A stretch of DNA of 64,000 nucleotides from an uncultured delta proteobacterium (lineage in GTDB: Bacteria; Desulfobacterota; Binatia; UBA9968): assembly GCA_963804165.1 (NCBI GenBank), contig CAWDPO010000015.1, positions 128,001 to 192,000 of the forward strand. The letters are read 5' to 3'. The notes under the pieces were generated by a model, which saw nothing but the letters and a program-made list of their open reading frames with translations, was not told where the DNA came from and did not search any database. Position 1 is the first letter of the stretch; every line of letters starts with the position of its first letter. Both the position numbers and the translations under genes were made by a program. This document shows positions 51,096 to 61,748 of the stretch, piece by piece.

Positions 51096-52061
51096 ATGTT
51101 ACGCCAATTCATCGTTTGGCTTTTTATTCCATCACTATTCTCCTTACCGCAAATCCTTTGGGCGCAAGCTTATCCCAGGCAGCCGATCAACCTCGTAATT
51201 CCCCTTGCTCCGGGCGACACGACCGATGTGGCGGGACGTCTGATCGGCGAGGAGTTGTCCAAGCAGCTCAAAGTGCCGGTCGTGCCGGTAAATCGGCCCG
51301 GTGCGGGAGGAACGCTGGGAACCGACACGGCTGTGAAAGCGGCCAAGGACGGCTACACGATTCTCATTACCAACAACGCATCGCTGGTCTATAACCGGAT
51401 TCTCACGCCGGAGACGGTGCCCTACGACCCGTTCAAAGATCTGGCGGCTTTGGGCTTGGCGGGGCGCACGCCCATAATGCTGGCCGTTCGCAGCGACGCT
51501 CCTTACAAAAATTTCAACGAGATGGTGGATTTTGCGAAGAAGAATCCAGGTGGCATGCGCATCGGCACGGTGGGCGTTGGATCGGTCGGCCATTTTACTG
51601 TCGAAATCATCAACTCACTCACCGGCGCCGGGATCACAATGGTCCCATTCAAGGGAGCGGGACCGGGCGTCACCGCTACCCTGGGCGGCCACATCGAGGG
51701 AGTGGTCGTCGCGCAGGGCGTCGCGGCCAGCCACCTCAAAGCCGGAACAATGCGGGGAATTCTCATATCGACCAAGGCGCCGGAATTTCCCGAAATCCCG
51801 ACGTTAGCGCAGCTCGGTTATAAACAGAACCTGCTCGGCGTTTGGTCGGCTTTCTTCGCTCCGGCAGGCGTGCCGGCCGAAGTATCAAAGACGCTGATTG
51901 GCGCGCTTGAAAAAGCTATCAAAGAACCGTCTGTTGGATCGCGGCTCGGGAATGTCGGCATGGTCGCCGAGTACCTCCCGCCGGAGAGGCTGGTTGCAGA
52001 GATTCGCGAAGAACATCGGGTCGTGCAGGAGATCGCCAAAAAAGCCGGACTCGCTAAATAG
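51096..52061 (+). CDS. Bug/TctC tripartite tricarboxylate transporter SBP
   Basis: YPRQPINLVIP, NRPGAGG, DGYT, VPFKG, FAPAGVP. Confidence 0.9.
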   Translation: MLRQFIVWLFIPSLFSLPQILWAQAYPRQPINLVIPLAPGDTTDVAGRLIGEELSKQLKVPVVPVNRPGAGGTLGTDTAVKAAKDGYTILITNNASLVYNRILTPETVPYDPFKDLAALGLAGRTPIMLAVRSDAPYKNFNEMVDFAKKNPGGMRIGTVGVGSVGHFTVEIINSLTGAGITMVPFKGAGPGVTATLGGHIEGVVVAQGVAASHLKAGTMRGILISTKAPEFPEIPTLAQLGYKQNLLGVWSAFFAPAGVPAEVSKTLIGALEKAIKEPSVGSRLGNVGMVAEYLPPERLVAEIREEHRVVQEIAKKAGLAK

Positions 52062-52166
52062 CCGGTGCGCGGGCTCGACGTTTCAGCCATCGCCCATCTC
52101 CACGCCCGAAACAAAGCCTACCGTTTTTTTCGCCGGACAAGGCTTGCTGGGAATCAAATCCACCAA

Positions 52167-53261
52167 TTACAAATTCAACAACTTGGCGGCGTTCTCGCCG
52201 CAGATCTTTTCTTTTTGACGCTTCGTCAAATCCGACCGTTCCATGATGCCCGACACCGTGTGCGGAAACTCCGAATCGAAGTGCGGATAATCGGTGGCCA
52301 TCAGGATGTGATCTTCGCCGACTTCTTTGAGTGATTGGCTCATGTCGCCTTCGTCCGCTTCGCAAGTGACGTAGCAGTTTCGTTTAACGTATTCCGACGG
52401 CGGCATCTTGAGCTGGCCGGAGATCTGCGGAAAGTCTTTCGCCCATTCCCAGTCGTCGTCCATGCGGTGCATCCAGTATAGCGGCCACTCGGCGCTGCAC
52501 TCGAAGAACGCAACTTTGAGCTTGGGAAACATTTCGAAGACGCCGCCGAGCACAAGCGCGACCAAGGCCGGCGTGCAATTCATCACCCGGCCGAGCACGT
52601 GGGTCTTGAAAAAATTGTCGAAGCGGTCGGTCAAATCGCCGTTGCTGTTGGGATGACAGAAAAGCGGCACGCCCAACTCCTCTGCAGCCTGGTAGTACGG
52701 ATAAAAACTCGGATGATCGACGTTTCGCCTGCCGATGTAGGGCACAAGATGAGACGCTTTAAAGCCAAGTTCTTTCACGCAGCGGCGCAGTTCGTTGGCC
52801 ATTTCTTCCGGGCACCCGGCCGGCGCCATGGCGACCGGCAGAAATACATCTTCATGCCCTTTGACGAGTTTCTTGACCCAGTTGTTGTACCCTTGTGCGC
52901 AAGCGAGTCCAAGTCCGCCGACGTTTTCCGTGGCGACATTGATGCCTGTGGGAAAGAGGATCTGCTTATCGAGACCTTCCTTCTTGATGTCGTTATAGCG
53001 AAACTCCATGTCGTGGCCGGCGATCTGGCGCGCCGCGATCTCACCGTTGCGCCAGTTCACTTTGGGATCGTAGATATAAGGATGGCGATGCGCGGCGCGT
53101 CCCTGCGGGTCGCCGGGATCGAGCTGGTGAATCCACTTGGTGTTATGGTTTCTGCCCTCGCCGGCTTTTTGCGGCGTAAAGCGCGCGTAGGGTTCGGGCA
53201 AGTCGTAAACTTCGTCCATGAAGTAACCTTCACGCAAATGGGAATCGAGATCGATAATCAT
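52167..53261 (-). CDS. Amidohydrolase_2 family metalloenzyme
   Basis: IDLDSH, LFPT, FCHP, FFECSAEW, MATDYPHFD. Confidence 0.9.
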   Translation of the reverse strand: MIIDLDSHLREGYFMDEVYDLPEPYARFTPQKAGEGRNHNTKWIHQLDPGDPQGRAAHRHPYIYDPKVNWRNGEIAARQIAGHDMEFRYNDIKKEGLDKQILFPTGINVATENVGGLGLACAQGYNNWVKKLVKGHEDVFLPVAMAPAGCPEEMANELRRCVKELGFKASHLVPYIGRRNVDHPSFYPYYQAAEELGVPLFCHPNSNGDLTDRFDNFFKTHVLGRVMNCTPALVALVLGGVFEMFPKLKVAFFECSAEWPLYWMHRMDDDWEWAKDFPQISGQLKMPPSEYVKRNCYVTCEADEGDMSQSLKEVGEDHILMATDYPHFDSEFPHTVSGIMERSDLTKRQKEKICGENAAKLLNL

Positions 53262-53284
53262 AGCGCCCTCCTGCTTGGACCGAC

Positions 53285-54235
53285 TTACTTCCCCCCTAAC
53301 ATTTTGATGAACGAGCGGTCAACCATGTCGTCGAGGGTCACTTTCTTTTTTATTCGTCCCGTTTGGAATTCCTCTTCGATCACAACGGGAATTACTTTTT
53401 CGGAGATTTGGCCGTTGAGCGGAAACGAATCGCGATACTCGTCATAACCCGCCGGAGCGTAGGCGGGATCCAACTTGACATATTTCCCCATGATTCGCAC
53501 CGCATCGGCCTTGTTCTCATGGGTATACTTGACGCCCTTTTGATAGGCGCGAAGAAATTTCGTGACTTGATCTTTTTCCTTGCTGAGATAAGACTCCCTG
53601 GCGGCAAATGTTTCATAGGGCCATTCCGGAAAGACTTCTTTCAAGTCGAGGAGCTTATTGTATCCCTGTGCTTTCGCGATCTCCGTCACCGGGAACCACA
53701 CCAGGGAAGCGTCCACGCCCTTTGCCGACAATGCGGCGAAGCGTGCCGGCGTGCTGCCAATCTGGAGAATCGTTACGTCCTTCTCATCCACGCGAAAGTG
53801 GCGCAAACTCGATCGCGTCAAAAAGTCCGTGAGCGACCCGAAGCGGCTGATCGCGAACCGTTTGCCTTTGGCTTGCTTCATCGACTTGAAATCCGGCTGC
53901 GAGTAAAGCTGGAACGGCATGATATTGGAGACGCCCCAAAAATTCTTGATATCGACCCCCGCGGCGCGCCCGCCGATCGTTTCCACGAAGGCGCTGCCCA
54001 TGATCTGCACATCGCCGCCGATGAGCGCCTGGAGATTCGTTGCCCCGGCATTGAACAAAACCAGCAGAACATCGAGCCCTTCGTCTTTAAAGAATCCCTT
54101 GGCTTCGGTAACGTAAACCGGTAAGAAAGCTACGTTGACCGACGACAGCCCGACTATGATTTTAGCCGAGCTCGATTGTGGCAAGACACCCAGCAGCAAC
54201 AGTGTGGCTAGCGCCAGCATTCTAATTGGTTTCAT
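53285..54235 (-). CDS. NMT1/SsuA-type SBP
   Basis: Signal peptide, KGFFKDEGLDV, KGKRFAISRFGS. Confidence 0.88.
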   Translation of the reverse strand: MKPIRMLALATLLLLGVLPQSSSAKIIVGLSSVNVAFLPVYVTEAKGFFKDEGLDVLLVLFNAGATNLQALIGGDVQIMGSAFVETIGGRAAGVDIKNFWGVSNIMPFQLYSQPDFKSMKQAKGKRFAISRFGSLTDFLTRSSLRHFRVDEKDVTILQIGSTPARFAALSAKGVDASLVWFPVTEIAKAQGYNKLLDLKEVFPEWPYETFAARESYLSKEKDQVTKFLRAYQKGVKYTHENKADAVRIMGKYVKLDPAYAPAGYDEYRDSFPLNGQISEKVIPVVIEEEFQTGRIKKKVTLDDMVDRSFIKMLGGK

Positions 54236-54265
54236 CGTATTTTCCTTTCTCGTCGAGTCCCGCAA

Positions 54266-56540
54266 CTATACACCCGTCTTCGCCTGCTTCGCATTCTGAA
54301 ATGCGCGCCAAACACGTTCGGGTGTCAGCGGCAATTCGCGGATGCGTATACCAGCCGCACGATAAAGCGCATTGCCGACCGCCGGCGCCACGGAGACGAT
54401 TCCCGACTCGCCCATTCCCTTGGCGCCGTAGGGGCCGGGACCATCATGATTCTCTATCAATATTGAGTCAAACCGGTCCGGCAAATCGGTGAAGCGGGGC
54501 ACGCGGTAGTCGATCAAGCCGGCATTGAGCGGTTGCCCATTCTCATACACCAGGGACTCGAACAAGGTGTGGCCGAAGCCTTGGATCGCCGCGCCTTCGT
54601 CCTGGCCTTCTGCCTGGATTGGATTGATCGCCTTACCGACGTCGGCCACGGTAACGTAGCGTTTGATCCGCAGCTCGCCGGTTTCGCCATCCACGTCTAT
54701 TTCTGCTGCGCCCATACCGGTTTCCCAAAACAGCGGGAATGTCGAACCAAGCCCGCTGCCGGGGCGCATGTAGCCGCGGCCGATCAATTCACCTCCGGGC
54801 ATACCGAAGTAAGCGCTCACGATCTTGCTGTAGTCGAGGCGCTTGCCCGCTGAACAAGCTTCCCCGTCTTTCAACGTGATCGTGTTCGTGGTCGTGTCAA
54901 GAATTTCCGCCGCGGCGCAGATCAATTGCTTGCGCAGATCCTCAGCGGCGGCTTTGACGGCGCTACCCATAACCGTGGTCGAACGGCTCGCACCGGTGGA
55001 GCGATCGAAGGGCGTCACACCGGTATCCGTGCCGCGCATCGACACCCGCTCGACGGGCACCGATAATTCATGCGCGACGATTTGACAGAGAACGGTGCGC
55101 GCGCCTTGGCCGACTTCAGTGCTCCCGGCGAGCAGAAGCATGCTGCCGTCGGCGAGCAATCGCACCAGCGCAACGGACACCGGCATCGCCTCCGAATCGG
55201 AAACGCCGACGGCAACACCGGCACCGCTGTGTTTGGAACTGCGGGCATGCAGGCAATTCAAAGACTCCACGGCGGCCTTTGTGCCCTGGCATAGATCGGC
55301 GTCAATCGGGGTCGCTCCGGGTTTCAAGACTTCGCCGCGCCGCAGGAGATTGCGCAGGCGAAATGAAATCGGGTCGGCACCGAGTCGCGCTGCGATCGTG
55401 TCCATGTGCGATTCCAGCGACCAAATCGTTTGCGGCCCGCCGATGGAGCGCATCGAGCCCGCCGGGACAGTATTAGTGTAAAGCGCCAACACATCGACCT
55501 CGCAGTGATCGAGTTTGTACGGACCGATCATGCGGCTGATCGCGCGTTTCGCGACCCGCGGGCCGTTGTCGGCATAGGCGCCGGTATCGAGCAATACTTC
55601 CGCTTCGCGCGCGAGCAAAGTTCCGTCGCGCTTGACGCCGGTCTTGATCCGCACGCGCGCCGAATGGCGGCGTGTCGTCAGCATCGATTCGGCAACGCTT
55701 TGAACAACACGCACCGGCCTGCCGCCGGTTTTGCGCGCCAGCGCGACGACCAGCGGTTCGATTTTGAAATAGGACTTACTGCCGTAGGCGCCGCCGACAA
55801 AAGGCACCACCACTTCCACTTTTGAGTGCGGCAAGTGAAACATATGCGCCAGCTCGGAACGAACCAAGAACGGGTGCGCGGATGAGCTCGACAGAGTGAT
55901 GCCGTCAGGAGTCACCTGGGCGATCGTCGTGTGGGGCTCCATTGCATACTGGCAGACCATCGGAAACGTGAAAGTTTCTTCGATGATCACTTCGGCTTGC
56001 GCGAAACCAAAAGGGGGATCGCCTTTGACGAATTGCTCGCGATGACAGATGTTGCCGCCGAAGTCAGTGCCGACGCCAGCTAACGTCGTGGAATTCACCG
56101 CTGCGCGCCATGTGATCGTGCAGACGCGGCGCGCCGTCGGCAAGCGCGGCGTCGATATCAGCCACGCAGAGCAATTCCTGATAGCGCACGTCGATCAGTG
56201 ACAGCGCCTCTTCTGCGGTCAGCGCGTCTTCAGCAGCAACAACGGCCACGGGTTCGCCGACGAAGCGAACCCGGTCGATCGCAACCACCGCGCGATCGCG
56301 CAGGCAATTGCCATAATATGGATCGATGTCTTTGAGATCATCTCGGGTCAAAATTGCCACGACGCCGGGAAGCGCCCCGGCCTTACTCGTGTCGATCGAT
56401 TCGATCAGCGCGTGCGGCAACGGGCTGCGCAGCACTTTGGCCTCGAGCAGACCGGGCATGGCGAGATCGCCGGTAAATTTCGCCGCACCGGTCACCTTCT
56501 CAACGCCGTCAATGCGTGGAATCGAAGCACCGACTATCAT
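54266..56540 (-). pseudogene. Xanthine dehydrogenase-family Mo subunit with frameshift near 56085
   Basis: N-terminus RIDGVEKVTG in 56064..56540; remainder GGAYGSK, EVGQG, KGMGE in 54266..56143. Confidence 0.85.
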
Positions 56541-56617
56541 GATAGATAGGCGCTGGTAGATCGCGCTGGAAAAGCCAAATTCAAATGAAAATAAGCACTA
56601 GCGAGCTCAGAAAGGTA

Positions 56618-56712
56618 CCTTCTCCCTCGACGGGGGAAGGTAAGGATGGGGGTGCCAGCATACTGCAATGGATGGACACCCCCACCTTCATCCTCCCCCG
56701 TCGAGGGAGAGG
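56618..56712. repeat. REP-like long inverted repeat
   Basis: CTCCCTCGACGGGGGAAGGTAAGGATGGGGGTG ... CACCCCCACCTTCATCCTCCCCCGTCGAGGGAG. Confidence 0.75.
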
Positions 56713-56773
56713 AAAGATCCTTGCGCAGGCATTCATCGCGGATCAAATGTGACGTCATGCGAATTCGCGCAAG

Positions 56774-57805
56774 TCAGATCACCGACTGCTCAGGCAGGAT
56801 CGTCTTCAGCACCCGCAAGTAATTCTCGCCGAGGATCAATTTGATGTCCTCATCCTTGTAGCCATGGCGCTGCAAGCCGCCGATCAGATTCGGCAAATCT
56901 TCGATTTCCTCGAAGCCTTTGATCAGCGGGTCCTTGTGCAGCGGATGGTGACGATCCTTGAGCGTGCGCGGCCCGTCGTATTTGACAAAGTCCATTCCCA
57001 ACGCGAGATGCTCGATGCCGACCAGATTGATCATGTAGTCCATGTGCTTGAGCATATCTTCGATCGCTACTTCGCCTTTCCCTACACGCTCGGGCAAGGC
57101 CAGGATTCCAACCAGGCCGCCCTGGTTTGCGATCGCCTTGATTTGATCGTCGGCGAGATTGCGCGGGTTGTCGAGCATGCCGCAGGCGTTCGCATGGCTC
57201 ACGAGCAACGGCGCCGTAGCCGCGTCCAACGCCTGAAAAAATCCCTCGCGGTTCATATGCGACAGATCGACGACCATTCCCAAGCGATTCGCCTCTTTGA
57301 TCACTTCAACGCCGAAATTCGTCAGGCCGCCGCCAGTGCGGTTTTCCCAGACGCCATCGCCCAGTTCGTTGCGAAAATTCCACACGGGCTGTAGCGAGCG
57401 CAATCCCATGCGGTAAAAGTTTCTGAGGTTATGGATGCTGCCGCGCAGCGGCATGCAGCCTTCGAAGTGGAGCAAAAATTTAACACTCCCCGGCTCGACT
57501 TTTTCCGGCAGATCGCCGCGCGTCTTGACCATCTGGATCATACCCTCTGAGCGCGGTGCCTCTTCGAGAAACTGGTCGATCTGATCGAGCGCGGTTTCCA
57601 GATAGCGTCCGGTGTTTTGCGAATGGGAATAGGAATCGCCGCTGATGGCGTAGACGGTCATGTTGATGCCGTCGCGAATCAGCCTGGGTGCCACGGCATC
57701 GCGGATCGGCGATTTTTCACCGATGGAGATCCGATAGAGCTGCTCGTAAACGTCGCGGTGCCCCTCGATGACCAGGCTATTCGCCAATAAATCTTTTGCA
57801 TCCAT
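56774..57805 (-). CDS. Membrane dipeptidase family (peptidase M19)
   Basis: EGHRD, HFEG, GLTNFG, VDLSH, SHAN, RNLAD, LGMDF, LGEN. Confidence 0.9.
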   Translation of the reverse strand: MDAKDLLANSLVIEGHRDVYEQLYRISIGEKSPIRDAVAPRLIRDGINMTVYAISGDSYSHSQNTGRYLETALDQIDQFLEEAPRSEGMIQMVKTRGDLPEKVEPGSVKFLLHFEGCMPLRGSIHNLRNFYRMGLRSLQPVWNFRNELGDGVWENRTGGGLTNFGVEVIKEANRLGMVVDLSHMNREGFFQALDAATAPLLVSHANACGMLDNPRNLADDQIKAIANQGGLVGILALPERVGKGEVAIEDMLKHMDYMINLVGIEHLALGMDFVKYDGPRTLKDRHHPLHKDPLIKGFEEIEDLPNLIGGLQRHGYKDEDIKLILGENYLRVLKTILPEQSVI

Positions 57806-57888
57806 AGGACCGATCCCTTTCTTGAAGGCGTTCCAGTATTGCGGTAGTAATACCGGCTAACACCCTTACAAGCAAGATAGATATTTCT

Positions 57889-59493
57889 TTGCTTCGACGA
57901 CAAACATTCCAACTATTATTGCATCTGTCGGCGATCACTCTCGCTCTCGCCGCCTTGCTGAGCGCATGCAAATCGACGACGAAAAGCGGCGGCGGAATCC
58001 AGTTCCGGGTCAACCTCGGCACCGAACCGCCCAGTCTGGATTGGTCGCTGGCGACCGATCACGTGTCGTTTAACGTGATAGCGAACCTCATGGTTGGCCT
58101 CACCGAGTTCGATAAAGACTTAAAGCCCGCACCGGTGATCGCCAAAAATTGGGACTTCTTAGATAAGGGCACGAAAATAGTTTTTCATTTGCGCGACGAC
58201 GTGCAGTGGAGCGACGGCAAGAAAGTGCGTGCGCAAGACTTCGAGTATTCGTGGAAACGTTTGCTCAACCCGAAAACTGCATCCCAGTACGCATATATTC
58301 TTTTCGATATTGCCAATGCTCAAGAGTATGCCGAGGGCAAAATTAAAGACGCTTCGGCAGTCGGCGTCCAAGCGCCGGACGATCAAACCTTGGTCGTCAC
58401 TTTGCGCCACCCTGCCGCTTACTTTCTCGCCATCACTACTTTCGAAGTCACTTACCCACAGCGCCAGGATGTCATCGAGAAATTCGACAACCGGTGGACC
58501 GAGCCTGGGAATCTGCTCACCAATGGGCCCTATCGCTTGACGTCCTGGAAACACGAGAACGAAATCGAGCTCAGCGCGAACCCGAGCTACTTTCGCGGCA
58601 AGCCGGCGATCGACAAAGTCACCATGGTCATGATCAACGAAAAGACCACGGCAGTGGCGATGTACGAGCAAGGCAATTTGGATTTCATAGACGAGTCACA
58701 CAGCATCCCGACTTTGGATAAACCGCGGTTGGCGAAAATGCCCGGCTACAAAGTTGTGCCGCAACTACGCGGCGAATATTACGGCTTTGCTGTCGACCGC
58801 AAGCCCTTCGACAATCCGAAACTACGCAAGGCCTTTGCGATGGCCATCGACCGAAACGTCTTCCCCAAAATCCTCCAGGGCGGACAGACACCGGCGACAT
58901 CTTGGATTCCGCCCGGCATGCTGGCGCATAATCCCGAGATCGGTCTGGCATTCAATCCAAACGAAGCCAAGCGGCTTTTGACCGAAGCCGGCTATCCCGA
59001 CGGCAAGGGATTGCCGCCGATCGTTTTTGGCTACAACACGCAGGACGATCACAAGCTGGTAGCCGAAGCGGTGCAGGGCATGTGGCAAAAATATTTGAAC
59101 GTGATCGTGAGGATCGAAAATCAGGAGTGGAAAGTTTACCTAAAAAAGCTGCAGAATGATCCCTTCGTGGTGCACCGCGCCGGCTGGGGCGCCGACTACC
59201 CGGACCCCGATAATTTTATGAAGCTTTTCACTTCCAACAGCGGCAACAATCACGGTCGGTGGAAAAATCCGCGCTACGACCAATTGCTCGAACAAGCGGC
59301 GCGCGAACAAGACAACACGAAGCGCAGCCGGCTCTACGATGAAGCACAAACAATTCTTACTGAAACCGGTGCCGCGATCGCGCCGCTGTTTTGGAAAAGC
59401 GAAGCGACCCTGCTGAGCCCGAAGTTTACCGGGTTGGAATACAATTCGATGGCCCGGATGGATCTGCGCAATGTGAAGCCCGCGGCAAAATAG
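57889..59493 (+). CDS. oppA: Oligopeptide ABC transporter substrate-binding lipoprotein
   Basis: LLSAC lipobox, EPPSLD, WSDG, NGPY, GWGADYPDP; start approximate. Confidence 0.9.
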   Translation: MLRRQTFQLLLHLSAITLALAALLSACKSTTKSGGGIQFRVNLGTEPPSLDWSLATDHVSFNVIANLMVGLTEFDKDLKPAPVIAKNWDFLDKGTKIVFHLRDDVQWSDGKKVRAQDFEYSWKRLLNPKTASQYAYILFDIANAQEYAEGKIKDASAVGVQAPDDQTLVVTLRHPAAYFLAITTFEVTYPQRQDVIEKFDNRWTEPGNLLTNGPYRLTSWKHENEIELSANPSYFRGKPAIDKVTMVMINEKTTAVAMYEQGNLDFIDESHSIPTLDKPRLAKMPGYKVVPQLRGEYYGFAVDRKPFDNPKLRKAFAMAIDRNVFPKILQGGQTPATSWIPPGMLAHNPEIGLAFNPNEAKRLLTEAGYPDGKGLPPIVFGYNTQDDHKLVAEAVQGMWQKYLNVIVRIENQEWKVYLKKLQNDPFVVHRAGWGADYPDPDNFMKLFTSNSGNNHGRWKNPRYDQLLEQAAREQDNTKRSRLYDEAQTILTETGAAIAPLFWKSEATLLSPKFTGLEYNSMARMDLRNVKPAAK

Positions 59494-59612
59494 GCGACTG
59501 CCGCATTTTAAGCAATTTTAAAAAGTGTCTGTCATCGCTCTCACTGTGGTTTGCCAAGCACGGCGAAATCGCATAAGAAATAAAACCAATCAACTCGGAG
59601 GAAGGCCCGCAA

Positions 59613-60101
59613 ATGGAACTCAGCGAAGATGATGTCTTGCACATACTGAAACTGATCGACGAATCCAAGTTCGATTACTTTCAGCTCGAAGTCGGCGAGC
59701 TCAAGATCACGGTGAGCAAAGGCGATCCGATTCCTATCGCTGGCACATCGCAGCCGGTTGCCGTAACCGCGGCGCCCAGCCCGGCACCCGCAGCGCCGAA
59801 GCCGGCCGCTGCAGCGGCCGCCGTCGCGCCGCAGGCGGCCAAGCCGGTGGTGGTTCCCGAGGGCATGTTAGCGATCACTGCGCCGCTGCTCGGAACATTT
59901 TATGTTGCCCCGGAACCCGGCGCGCCGCCGTTCGTCAAAATCGGCCAGCAGATCACGGAAGACACCACCGTCGGACTGATCGAAGTCATGAAAGTTTTCA
60001 ACAGCGTACGCTCAGCCGTTAACGGCACGATCGTTGAACTGGTTGTGCAGAACGGTCAATTCATCGAGTTCGGTCAGACGTTATTCATCGTCAAGCCGTA
60101 A
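59613..60101 (+). CDS. accB: Biotin carboxyl carrier protein
   Basis: Ala/Pro linker, APLLGTFY, IEVMKVFN biotinylation motif. Confidence 0.9.
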   Translation: MELSEDDVLHILKLIDESKFDYFQLEVGELKITVSKGDPIPIAGTSQPVAVTAAPSPAPAAPKPAAAAAAVAPQAAKPVVVPEGMLAITAPLLGTFYVAPEPGAPPFVKIGQQITEDTTVGLIEVMKVFNSVRSAVNGTIVELVVQNGQFIEFGQTLFIVKP

Positions 60102-60131
60102 GCCAGCAGAAAGCTGAAAAAGCGAAGAATG

Positions 60132-60207
60132 CTTCGACGAGCTCAGCATGAACGGAAATTCTTATACGATTTCAATCTTGTGTCCGTTCGTCCTGAGCTT
60201 GTCGAAG
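60132..60207. repeat. REP-like inverted repeat
   Basis: CTTCGACGAGCTCAGCATGAACGG / CCGTTCGTCCTGAGCTTGTCGAAG, 21 of 24 positions complementary. Confidence 0.8.
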
Positions 60208-60308
60208 GACTCCAACAAAGTTTTTCGCCATCCTGCTAGACACTTTTCGATCCCGTCAAGAAACCGTCTGCTCTTCTATTTGTACTTGATATATTTCTCG
60301 GAGCATCC

Positions 60309-61679
60309 ATGAGTGTCACTCGCGTATTGGTCGCCAATCGCGGCGAAATTGCCGTCCGTGTCATTAAAGCTTGCCAAAGTTTGGGTATCGAAACGGTTGC
60401 TGCGGTATCGGACGCGGACCGAGAAAGCATGGCTGCTCAAATGGCCACCCGCGCGGTGTGTATCGGTCCGGCGCGCTCGACAGATAGTTACTTGAAGGTC
60501 GAAAACCTGATCGCCGCTGCGCACGGCACAGGGTGCGACGCGCTCCATCCGGGCTACGGTTTTCTCTCGGAACGGGCGGCCTTAGCCCAAGCATGTAGTG
60601 AAAACAAAATTACTTTCGTCGGGCCGAGCGCTGAAAATATCAGCATGATGGGCGACAAGCTCGAGGCGCGTAAAATCGCGCGCGAAGCCGGAGTGCCGTT
60701 GGTTCCGGGATCCGATCACGCCAAGAATCCGGACGAAGCAGCCGAGCTCGCCGAACAAATTGGCTATCCCTTGCTGCTCAAGGCGTCGGCCGGCGGCGGT
60801 GGACGGGGGATTAAGCTCGTCACCAATCCCAGCGAGATTGAAGACACGTTTCGCACCGCAGCGGCCGAAGCGCGCGCTGCCTTCGGCAATGATACGCTTT
60901 ACATGGAAAAATACGTCGGCAACGCGCGCCACATCGAAGTGCAGATTCTCGGCGACGAGCAGGGTAACGTCATCCATCTCGGCGAGCGCGATTGTTCGCT
61001 GCAGCGGCGCCATCAGAAAATCATCGAAGAAGCACCGGCGTATGCCGTGCCGCCCGAAGTTCGGGCCAAGATTTGCAGCGCCGCGGCGACCTTGGCGCGG
61101 AGCATCGGCTACCGCAGCGCCGGCACCATCGAATTCATCTACGACAACGATACCGCCGATTTTTACTTTCTAGAAATGAATACGCGCATCCAGGTCGAAC
61201 ATCCGGTGACAGAAATGATCACCGGCGTCGACCTCGTGGCGCAGCAGTTGCACATCGCGCGCAGCGAGCCGTTGCCGTTCAAGCAATCGGACATCAACTT
61301 TACCGGCCACGCCATCGAATGCCGCATCAACGCCGAGTCGCCGCAGCATGGCTTTCGCCCCTGCCCCGGTCGGATTACCGAATGGCTCGCCCCTCAGGGA
61401 CAAGGAATTCGCTTGGATACGCACTGCTACCCCGGCTATTTCGTGCCGCCCTACTACGATTCTCTGCTCGCCAAGTTGATCGTTCACGCCGTTTCGCGCG
61501 ATGCTGCCGCGGATCACACCGCCAAAGCCTTGGATAGTTTTCATGTCAGCGGCATCGACACGCTCATTCCATTCTTGAAAACCGTGATCGCCGATTCCGA
61601 CTATCGCCGCGGCGCGGTCAACACCCGTTGGCTGGAAAAGAAGCTGGAAGAATATTCTGCGGCACTTACCGCGCCATAG
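60309..61679 (+). CDS. accC: Biotin carboxylase
   Basis: VANRGEIAVR, HPGYGFLSE, GGGGRG, RDCSLQRRHQK, EMNTRIQVEH. Confidence 0.95.
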   Translation: MSVTRVLVANRGEIAVRVIKACQSLGIETVAAVSDADRESMAAQMATRAVCIGPARSTDSYLKVENLIAAAHGTGCDALHPGYGFLSERAALAQACSENKITFVGPSAENISMMGDKLEARKIAREAGVPLVPGSDHAKNPDEAAELAEQIGYPLLLKASAGGGGRGIKLVTNPSEIEDTFRTAAAEARAAFGNDTLYMEKYVGNARHIEVQILGDEQGNVIHLGERDCSLQRRHQKIIEEAPAYAVPPEVRAKICSAAATLARSIGYRSAGTIEFIYDNDTADFYFLEMNTRIQVEHPVTEMITGVDLVAQQLHIARSEPLPFKQSDINFTGHAIECRINAESPQHGFRPCPGRITEWLAPQGQGIRLDTHCYPGYFVPPYYDSLLAKLIVHAVSRDAAADHTAKALDSFHVSGIDTLIPFLKTVIADSDYRRGAVNTRWLEKKLEEYSAALTAP

Positions 61680-61748
61680 TTGAAATGGTTCAAGCGAGCC
61701 TTTGCAAACGTGGCGTTCTCTGCGATTAAACAAGCGGAATCAAAAATC

